This document shows positions 39,839-46,747 of a DNA stretch of 60,813 nt, piece after piece. Each line of letters opens with the position of its first letter. The first letter of the stretch is position 1. The notes beneath the pieces are model-generated. The model made no database searches, was not told where the DNA came from, and worked only from the letters and a program-made list of their open reading frames with translations. The position numbers were made by a program, and so were the translations under genes. The stretch is from an uncultured Atribacterota bacterium. GTDB lineage: Bacteria > Atribacterota > Phoenicimicrobiia > Phoenicimicrobiales > Stramentimicrobiaceae. The stretch lies in contig CAZAJW010000234.1 in NCBI GenBank assembly GCA_964485485.1, positions 1 through 60,813 of the forward strand. Reading direction: 5' to 3'.

Positions 39839-40315
39839 ACTGAATTTTATTTTCAATTGTTTGGCAACATATGCCGGTACTAAATCGCTGATACAACCAT
39901 TTAAAGAGGCAATTTCTTTGACTATGCTGGAGTTAAGATAAGAGTATTTTGTACTTGTTACCATAAAGACTGTTTCAATTTCCGGAGCCATTTTCTTATT
40001 AATAAGAGCAAATTGAGACTCGTATTCGAAATCAGAAATTGCCCTCATACCTCTCAATATTACATTTGCCTTATTTGAACGTACACAGTCGATTAATAAC
40101 CCATCAAAAGACTGGACTTCAATTCCTTTTAAATCTTTAACTACTTTATTAATCATAACTTTTTTTTCTTCAATGGAGAAAAAAGATTTTTTACGTGAAT
40201 TTTCTGCAATAACAACAATTACTTTATCAAATATATTGCTTGCCCTTTTAATAATATCAAGATGCCCATTAGTAATTGGATCAAAACTTCCTGGATAGAT
40301 GGCTTTTATCATCAA
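39821..40315 (-). CDS. coaD: Phosphopantetheine adenylyltransferase
   Basis: 164 aa with YPGSFDPITNGHLDI. The last six codons plus the stop lie inside repeat module A. Confidence 0.95.
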   Translation of the reverse strand: MMIKAIYPGSFDPITNGHLDIIKRASNIFDKVIVVIAENSRKKSFFSIEEKKVMINKVVKDLKGIEVQSFDGLLIDCVRSNKANVILRGMRAISDFEYESQFALINKKMAPEIETVFMVTSTKYSYLNSSIVKEIASLNGCISDLVPAYVAKQLKIKFSKYRTR

Positions 40316-40335
40316 TATCTCCTTTTAATGATTAT

Positions 40336-40893
40336 TTACCCTTTATAATTAAAAAGTGTAATTTTAGTTTTTCCATATCTTTTTTCTTTAAGAAAGAATA
40401 ACTTTTCAAAACTCCCCTGCACATCTTCATTGATCTGATGTTGTGCTATAATTATAGAATTATTTTTTAAAATATAGTTTCTTTCAATTTCATATAATGT
40501 TTTTTGAATAATATTTTTATAATAAGGTGGATCTAAGAAAATAATATCAAATTTCTTCTGTTTAAAGTTCAGCATTTTTAATGACTGCATATGATTATTG
40601 TTTATAATGTTTGAAAAATCATTTTGATTAATTTTAATTAAATTCGATTTAATTAAATCTATGGCATGACTATTGATCTCTACAAAAGTAACTCTTTTTG
40701 CACCCCTGCTAAGGGCTTCTATGCCAATGGCACCTGTCCCTGCAAATAAATCTAAAAAATCAGATTCAATAACTTTGAATCCAAGTATATCAAACACAGC
40801 TTCCCTTATTTTGGATGGTGTAGGTCTAATTTTTTTGCCAGGGAATGATTGTAATGGGAATCCTTTATATAAACCTGCTATAATTCTCATCAA
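40336..40893 (-). CDS. rsmD: 16S rRNA (guanine966-N2)-methyltransferase RsmD
   Basis: 185 aa with a SAM-binding DLFAGTGAIG motif and the catalytic FLDPPY motif. Confidence 0.9.
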   Translation of the reverse strand: MMRIIAGLYKGFPLQSFPGKKIRPTPSKIREAVFDILGFKVIESDFLDLFAGTGAIGIEALSRGAKRVTFVEINSHAIDLIKSNLIKINQNDFSNIINNNHMQSLKMLNFKQKKFDIIFLDPPYYKNIIQKTLYEIERNYILKNNSIIIAQHQINEDVQGSFEKLFFLKEKRYGKTKITLFNYKG

Positions 40894-41030
40894 AATATCA
40901 CCTTTTGAAATATTTTATGTTATTAAAACAATTTTAAATAATATTATCTGTTTGCTTGATTAATGTTACTCAACTATGATAAAATATATTTTGTAATTTT
41001 TCAAGAATATATTATCTGGAGGAAATAATT

Positions 41031-41219
41031 ATGGCAAAATGTGACATTTGTGGAAAAACCCCTCTATTTGGGAAACAGATTAGTCATTCGCATAAATTAA
41101 GTAATAGAAAATGGTCTGTTAATATTCAAAAAGTTAGAGTTAAGGTTAATAATACTGTTCGCAAAGTAAATGTATGTACTAAATGCTTAAAATCAGGCAG
41201 AGTAGAAAAGATTGCCTAA
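41031..41219 (+). CDS. rpmB: 50S ribosomal protein L28
   Basis: 62 aa starting MAKCDICGKTPLFGKQISHSHKLSNRKW. SD GGAGG lies upstream. Confidence 0.95.
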   Translation: MAKCDICGKTPLFGKQISHSHKLSNRKWSVNIQKVRVKVNNTVRKVNVCTKCLKSGRVEKIA

Positions 41220-41293
41220 TTTGCTTTTTTATTGGAATCTAAAAGATTATATTGCTAATTAATGATTATAAATTATTTTTAAAAAAATCTTAT

Positions 41294-41339
41294 AAAAGAT
41301 TATCAAAAATTAATTAATTTCTGATAATCTTTTTTTATT
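41294..41339 (+). terminator. Candidate intrinsic terminator of rpmB
   Basis: Perfect 12-bp stem AAAAGATTATCA (41294-41305) / TGATAATCTTTT (41322-41333) with a 16-nt loop, followed by TTTTATTT. Two smaller AAAAGATT-type hairpins precede it. Confidence 0.55.
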
Positions 41340-41440
41340 TAATCATGAAAAAAGATATAGAGCAGCTATCTGACAATTTGTCATCTGATAAACCTCTTTT
41401 AGGAATTCTTAAAACTACCTGCTTTATAGGTGCGATATTT
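41340..41440 (-). repeat. Mosaic intergenic repeat, inverted short copy (D fragment + B + A)
   Basis: The plus strand reads ..ATCATGAAAAAAGATATAGAGCAGCTATCTGACAATTTGTCATCTGATAAACCTCTTTTAGGAATTCTTAAAACTACCTGCTTTATAGGTGCGATATTT. It lies between the rpmB terminator and the ispH stop. Confidence 0.82.
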
Positions 41441-42299
41441 ACTGATTCATCTGAAATATTTTTTTTATCCTATTAATTACACTTTCAGTGATATAATCAG
41501 GGGTAGAAGCTCCACTGGTAATTCCGATTTTATTCTTTTCTTTAAACCAGTTTTTCTTTATCTCTTGGGCTGTTTCGATATGATGTGTGTCTACACCTAT
41601 TTTTTTACTTAATTGGGCTAAGCGGGTAGTATTAGCACTATTTAATCCACCAACTACAATCATTAAGTCCACTTTCTTAGCTAATTTTCTAGTTGAGTTT
41701 TGTCTTAGACTTGTTGCCTTGCATATTGTATTAAAAATCCTTAATTCCTCAACGTTTTCAAATATTTTGGAAATTATTTGCTTAAATTCTTCTTTATCTT
41801 TAGTTGTTTGTGAGATTAATCCAATTTTACTTTTATCACTAAACGAATAGTCTTTAATGTCATCAATGGATTGGAAAACCTTAGCATTAACATTATTGTA
41901 ACTCAATAAGCTTTTTATTTCAGGGTGGTTAGTGTCACCAAAAATTATAATTTGGTAATTTTCTTTTCTTAAAAGATCTGTAATTTGATGTAATTTTTTA
42001 ACATAAGGGCATGTTGTGTCAATGAGTTTGAGATCATGTTTTTTCGCCAATTGTCTTTCATGATATGAAATGCCATGAGCTCTGGTAATAAGATATTTGT
42101 GAAAGGGAACCTGCGAAACATCCTGAACTATGTGAACTCCTTTTGATTCAAATTCACTTATAACTTGGGGGTTATGGATAATTTCTCCAAGCATGTAGAT
42201 ATTGTCATTTTGTATTTCTTTTAGCAGCTGGTTCGCCTTGTTAATTGCTCTTTTTACCCCGAAACAAAAACCAATGTTTTGGGCTTTAAATATTTCCAA
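41439..42299 (-). CDS. ispH: 4-hydroxy-3-methylbut-2-enyl diphosphate reductase
   Basis: 286 aa with GFCFGVKRA and conserved Cys residues for the 4Fe-4S cluster. The stop codon straddles the end of a repeat copy. Confidence 0.94.
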   Translation of the reverse strand: MEIFKAQNIGFCFGVKRAINKANQLLKEIQNDNIYMLGEIIHNPQVISEFESKGVHIVQDVSQVPFHKYLITRAHGISYHERQLAKKHDLKLIDTTCPYVKKLHQITDLLRKENYQIIIFGDTNHPEIKSLLSYNNVNAKVFQSIDDIKDYSFSDKSKIGLISQTTKDKEEFKQIISKIFENVEELRIFNTICKATSLRQNSTRKLAKKVDLMIVVGGLNSANTTRLAQLSKKIGVDTHHIETAQEIKKNWFKEKNKIGITSGASTPDYITESVINRIKKIFQMNQ

Positions 42300-42300
42300 T

Positions 42301-42999
42301 CTATGTGTTCTCCCTTCCTTGAATTACTCTTAATACTATTTTAATTACAGCATTGATATTTTTATCCGAGGTATCCACTATAATAGCATCTTTGGGTACG
42401 GTCAACGGAGAAAATTCTCTTTTACTGTCAAGATTATCACGTTTAATAATTTCTGATTTTACTTCTTGCAATGTAACGTGATATCCCTTTTTTAGAAGTT
42501 CTTTATATCTTCGTGTAGTTCTTGTTTTTCCATCAGCCATAAGAAAAAATTTTAAATCAGCATTAGGTAATATGACTGTACCAATGTCTCTTCCCTCCAT
42601 AACTATAGGTCTGTTTTCAGCCAGCAAACGTTGCAGAGGTATTAAATTTCTACGTACAGATTCATGACGAGCTACAAATGATACATTTTTATCAATTTCA
42701 GGGCTGTGTATTTTTTCTGTAATGACATTACTTTGTTCGAAAAATAACGCTAAATTTTGTTTATGTTGATGTTTCTTTGTCAATTGATCAACAATATTTT
42801 TTGATAAAGAATCCATAACTTCTGCTTTTTTAACATCTAAATTTTCTTTTAAAGCACAAAAAGTTACATAGCGATAGAGATCACCTGTATTTATATAGGA
42901 ATATCCTAATTTTTGAGCAATAATTTTTGCCACAGTGCTTTTGCCGGCCCCTGCGGGGCCATCAATTGTAATAACCAATTCACTATTTTTATAGTTCAA
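42301..42999 (-). CDS. cmk: Cytidylate kinase
   Basis: 232 aa with the P-loop IDGPAGAGKST. Confidence 0.95.
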   Translation of the reverse strand: MNYKNSELVITIDGPAGAGKSTVAKIIAQKLGYSYINTGDLYRYVTFCALKENLDVKKAEVMDSLSKNIVDQLTKKHQHKQNLALFFEQSNVITEKIHSPEIDKNVSFVARHESVRRNLIPLQRLLAENRPIVMEGRDIGTVILPNADLKFFLMADGKTRTTRRYKELLKKGYHVTLQEVKSEIIKRDNLDSKREFSPLTVPKDAIIVDTSDKNINAVIKIVLRVIQGRENT

Positions 43000-43018
43000 A
43001 ATATTATCCCTTTTTATT

Positions 43019-43747
43019 TCATAATGTATTTTTTATTTTTTCTACTTCTTCACAATCAAGATACCTATAATGGCCGGTTTTCAAATTTTCTAAAGCAAGC
43101 AAACCAATTTTAATTCTTTTTAATCTTACTACATTATAATTGAGGTAGGAAAACATTCTCCTGATTTGTCTTTTTTTGCCTTCCCGTATGGTGACTTCTA
43201 ATGTTGAAGTAGTCTTATTTTTCTTTAAAATGATAGCCCTGCAGGGACTGCTAGTAAAGGTTGGAGACAAAGGTATTCCTTGCTGAATTTTCGCTAATTC
43301 TTCCTTATTTGGGAACCCTTTTACCTTAACTATATAGACTTTATCAATTTTCTTTTTAGGATGAGTCAACTTATAAATCAAATCACCATCATTTGTTAAT
43401 AAAACCAAACCCTCGGAAAGATAATCAAGTCGCCCGGCATAATTAATCCTGGTCTTGATTTCCTTCAGTAAATCATAGATAGTTGGTCTACCAAATGGGT
43501 CGAAGTATGTACATAAATAACCCCTTGGTTTGTTTAGCAAGATATATATATTTTCTATGTTTTGGTTGATTATTTTATGGTCAATTTCTACTATATCTTT
43601 CGAGGGATCAATGCAAGTACCTAGCCTTGTCACAATAGAGTGATTTACTTTTACCCTACCCTGAACAATTAAATCTTCACATTTTCTTCTCGAATCAATC
43701 CCTTGTTTCGCTAAATATTTTTGTAATCTGATTTTCTTCATCACCAA
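43019..43747 (-). CDS. rluB: 23S rRNA pseudouridine synthase, RluB/RsuA family
   Basis: 242 aa with an S4 domain (RLQKYLAKQGIDSRRKCEDLI) and the catalytic GRLDYLSEGL motif. It overlaps the scpB 3' end by about 50 nt. Confidence 0.88.
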   Translation of the reverse strand: MVMKKIRLQKYLAKQGIDSRRKCEDLIVQGRVKVNHSIVTRLGTCIDPSKDIVEIDHKIINQNIENIYILLNKPRGYLCTYFDPFGRPTIYDLLKEIKTRINYAGRLDYLSEGLVLLTNDGDLIYKLTHPKKKIDKVYIVKVKGFPNKEELAKIQQGIPLSPTFTSSPCRAIILKKNKTTSTLEVTIREGKKRQIRRMFSYLNYNVVRLKRIKIGLLALENLKTGHYRYLDCEEVEKIKNTL

Positions 43748-44279
43748 GCCCCAATTGGTCGATAGGAGGTAAGTCTAATAAGCTCTTTAATCCAAAATGA
43801 AGTAAGAATCTTTCAGTAACACGATATAGCAAAGGATTACCAGGAACCTTTTTCCTTCCGCTAACTTTTATAAAATCATTTTTTAAAAGATTCAATAATA
43901 TACTGCTGCAATTTACACCCCTTATTTTCTCAATTTCCAAACGAGTTACCGGCTGATTATAGGCAATGATGGCTAAAGTTTCAATTGAGGATTTAGATAA
44001 TACATATTTTTTTTCATTATTGTACATTTTTTTAATCCATTCAGCATAATCGGGTTTTGTAGCAAAAGAAAAACCCTTTGCAACTTCTTGAATAAAAAAG
44101 GGTCGATTGTGTTCCTGATACTCAGATTGAAGAGTCTTTATTATTGCTTTTATATCTTTACTATCTTTCCCGGTAATATTTTTAATTTTTTTTATAGATA
44201 AAGGCTTGTTTGATAAAAACAATAGAACTTCGATTATTCTTTTCCATTTATTCTGTGATTTATTTTCTCTTTCGATAAT
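43695..44279 (-). CDS. scpB: Segregation and condensation protein B; start probably ATT
   Basis: The tracked ORF starts at TTG 44222, but in-frame upstream codons encode NKWKRIIEVLLF. This matches the conserved ScpB N-terminus (Bacillus NWKAIVEALLY, from memory). The only candidate start is ATT 44279, with AAAGGA 8 nt upstream. No ATG/GTG/TTG lies between it and the upstream in-frame stop. Confidence 0.85.
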   Translation of the reverse strand: MIERENKSQNKWKRIIEVLLFLSNKPLSIKKIKNITGKDSKDIKAIIKTLQSEYQEHNRPFFIQEVAKGFSFATKPDYAEWIKKMYNNEKKYVLSKSSIETLAIIAYNQPVTRLEIEKIRGVNCSSILLNLLKNDFIKVSGRKKVPGNPLLYRVTERFLLHFGLKSLLDLPPIDQLGLGDEENQITKIFSETRD

Positions 44280-45010
44280 TTTTTATCATCCTTTCTATAA
44301 AAGATAATATCTCCAAAATTTCTATATTGAATATAATATATTTTATCCTGACATATTAATTCTAATAAAGCTAAAAATATTACAATGATTTCTATTCTTG
44401 AACAATCATCAGCAATCATTTTATGAAAAGATAATTTACCTTTATTTTGTCTAAACTTTTCTTCGATTTCCTCGATTTTTTGCATAATATTATGCTCACG
44501 TTTTTTTAAATTGATTGTATTGTGCTCTTTTTTTCTAGATAATATTGATTCAATAGCCAGAATAAGATCGGAAAAATCATTTGTCTGGTACTTTTCCTTA
44601 TTTTCTATCTTTGGATCATGATAAGTTAAATATATATCCCTTTGTTTTATTTCTTTATCTTCGAATATTCTGATTAAAGAATGGTATTTTTTATACTCTA
44701 TCCAATATTCATCGCTTGAGAACTTATAATCTTCTTCAATTTCTTCCTCAGACTGTTCTTGCTGAATTGGTAGCAATAGACTGGATTTCCATAGTATTAG
44801 ATTAGATATTGAAGTAAGAAAATCAGCGGCAATATCTAAGTTTATAGAACCTGGTCGTGATAAAATCATATAGGAAAGATATTTTTCAAGGATATCCAGC
44901 AATGATATTTCGTTCGGGTCCATTTCCCCATTTTTAACTCTATAGAATAATTGTTGTACATAATTTATAAACTGTTCAATTTTTCTTTTATTAGAATTGT
45001 CTTTTTTCAT
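44234..45010 (-). CDS. scpA: Segregation and condensation protein A (kleisin)
   Basis: 258 aa, placed directly upstream of scpB and overlapping trpS by 4 nt. The sequence is divergent, so the call rests on size, position and weak kleisin-like similarity. Confidence 0.7.
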   Translation of the reverse strand: MKKDNSNKRKIEQFINYVQQLFYRVKNGEMDPNEISLLDILEKYLSYMILSRPGSINLDIAADFLTSISNLILWKSSLLLPIQQEQSEEEIEEDYKFSSDEYWIEYKKYHSLIRIFEDKEIKQRDIYLTYHDPKIENKEKYQTNDFSDLILAIESILSRKKEHNTINLKKREHNIMQKIEEIEEKFRQNKGKLSFHKMIADDCSRIEIIVIFLALLELICQDKIYYIQYRNFGDIIFYRKDDKKLSKEKINHRINGKE

Positions 45011-45993
45011 GCATAATCTATCTTCATTGCCTTTCTAACTTCAGACAAAGTTTTCTTTGCAACCTTTCTTGCTTCCTCACTACCTTTCATTAAGATGTCC
45101 CATACTAATTGAGGATTTCTTTCATAATAATTTCTTTTTTCCCTAAAAGATTGAAATGATTGAATCAATACATCTGCTAATTTTTTTTTACATGCTACAC
45201 AGCCTAAGTGAGCCTTGCGGCAATCTCTTCCAATATTTAGGAATTCTTTTTTGTTAAATATTTCATGATATTTATATACTACGCATACTTCAGGATGGCC
45301 TGGATCTGATAATCTTATTTTTTCCGGGTCAGTTATCATGGAAAGAACTTTATTCTTTATGTCTTCAGGTTTATCAGATAAAGTAATGTCATTTTTCAAG
45401 CTTTTACTCATTTTCCTACCATCAGTACCAGGGATTCTGGGGGTATGTGAAAGCTTAAGCTTTGGTATCGGAAAAACAGTGTTATAGAGATTATTAAACC
45501 GTCGACCTATTTCCCTGGCTAATTCTACATGGGGAGATTGGTCTTCTCCTACCGGAACAGCGTTTGATTTATAGATTAATATGTCAGATGCCATTAAAAC
45601 CGGATATCCAAGCAGTCCATATCCCATATTTTCTTTTAGATTAAGATCCCTAACTTGTTCTTTTAATACAGGATTTCTTTCTAGCCATGCTAAGGGTGTA
45701 ATCATTGATAACAGCAAATGAAGTTCGGCATGTTCTGGCACATGAGACTGGATTAACAGAGTGCTTTTATCAGGGTCAATTCCGGCACTTAACCAATCTA
45801 TTACCATTTCTATCATATTTTCTTTCATCATTGATGTATTATCATATCCTGTTGTAAGTGCATGCCAATCTACTACTCCATAATAACATTTATATTCATT
45901 CTGCAATTGAATCCAATTGGTTAATGCTCCATAGTAATTTCCTATATGGAGTTTGCCGGTTGGTCTCATTCCACTGAAAATAACACCTTTCAT
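45007..45993 (-). CDS. trpS: Tryptophan--tRNA ligase
   Basis: 328 aa with HIGH-type GKLHIGNYYG and KMSKS. Confidence 0.96.
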   Translation of the reverse strand: MKGVIFSGMRPTGKLHIGNYYGALTNWIQLQNEYKCYYGVVDWHALTTGYDNTSMMKENMIEMVIDWLSAGIDPDKSTLLIQSHVPEHAELHLLLSMITPLAWLERNPVLKEQVRDLNLKENMGYGLLGYPVLMASDILIYKSNAVPVGEDQSPHVELAREIGRRFNNLYNTVFPIPKLKLSHTPRIPGTDGRKMSKSLKNDITLSDKPEDIKNKVLSMITDPEKIRLSDPGHPEVCVVYKYHEIFNKKEFLNIGRDCRKAHLGCVACKKKLADVLIQSFQSFREKRNYYERNPQLVWDILMKGSEEARKVAKKTLSEVRKAMKIDYA

Positions 45994-46080
45994 GTAATAT
46001 TTTGCCTCCTTTATTTATCTTGTATTTTTATTTACTCAAAATACCAATGAATAAAATATTTGGTGTTTCTGTCTATAATT

Positions 46081-46743
46081 TTAGACAAATATACGGAATA
46101 TATAAAAAACAATTGGGAACAATACTTTCCCAATAAAACCTGTGAATATCAATAACAATAAAATTATCATGCCGTAAGTATGGTTAATTTTAGCATACTG
46201 CTTAGCCCATTGTGGCGGCAATATTCCTAATAGAATATGCTGTCCGTCCAAAGGTGGAATTGGTAATAAGTTAAATAATGCTAAAGCTAAGTTAATCAAA
46301 ACACCCGTCTGCAGGAAAATTATCCACCCTCTAATACACCCTCTAATAAATGTTAACATAAGATCTGGCAAATGACTAAGGTTATTAAACAAAATATTTT
46401 GCAAGAATACATTATTTAATCTGTACAATATTGCAAATAAGAAAGCAACTAAAATATTGGATAAAGGACCAGCTAATGATACTTTTATCATATCTTTTTT
46501 GGGATTTCGCAAATTTCCATAATTAATAGGGACAGGTTTTGCCCAGCCAATGCGAAAAATAATTAACATTAATGTTCCTACCGGATCAAGGTGTGCAATT
46601 GGGTTAAGTGTTAATCTTCCAGCTAGCTTAGCCGTAGGGTCTCCATAGTAATAAGCAATAAATCCATGCGCATATTCGTGCACTGTTATTGCAATTAATA
46701 CTGCAGGAACACTCCATAGAATTTCAAGAATATTGTTTAACAT
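46081..46743 (-). CDS. Site-2 protease family zinc metalloprotease (M50B, no PDZ)
   Basis: 220-aa polytopic protein with HEYAHG and the distal LLPIPPLDG motif. Confidence 0.85.
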   Translation of the reverse strand: MLNNILEILWSVPAVLIAITVHEYAHGFIAYYYGDPTAKLAGRLTLNPIAHLDPVGTLMLIIFRIGWAKPVPINYGNLRNPKKDMIKVSLAGPLSNILVAFLFAILYRLNNVFLQNILFNNLSHLPDLMLTFIRGCIRGWIIFLQTGVLINLALALFNLLPIPPLDGQHILLGILPPQWAKQYAKINHTYGMIILLLLIFTGFIGKVLFPIVFYIFRIFV

Positions 46744-46747
46744 ATAT

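Noticed and set aside
41430-41612. Plus-strand 60-aa ORF that starts inside the 41340-41440 repeat copy and runs antisense into ispH.
   Set aside because: It is a shadow ORF antisense to ispH, with a low-complexity product and no SD.
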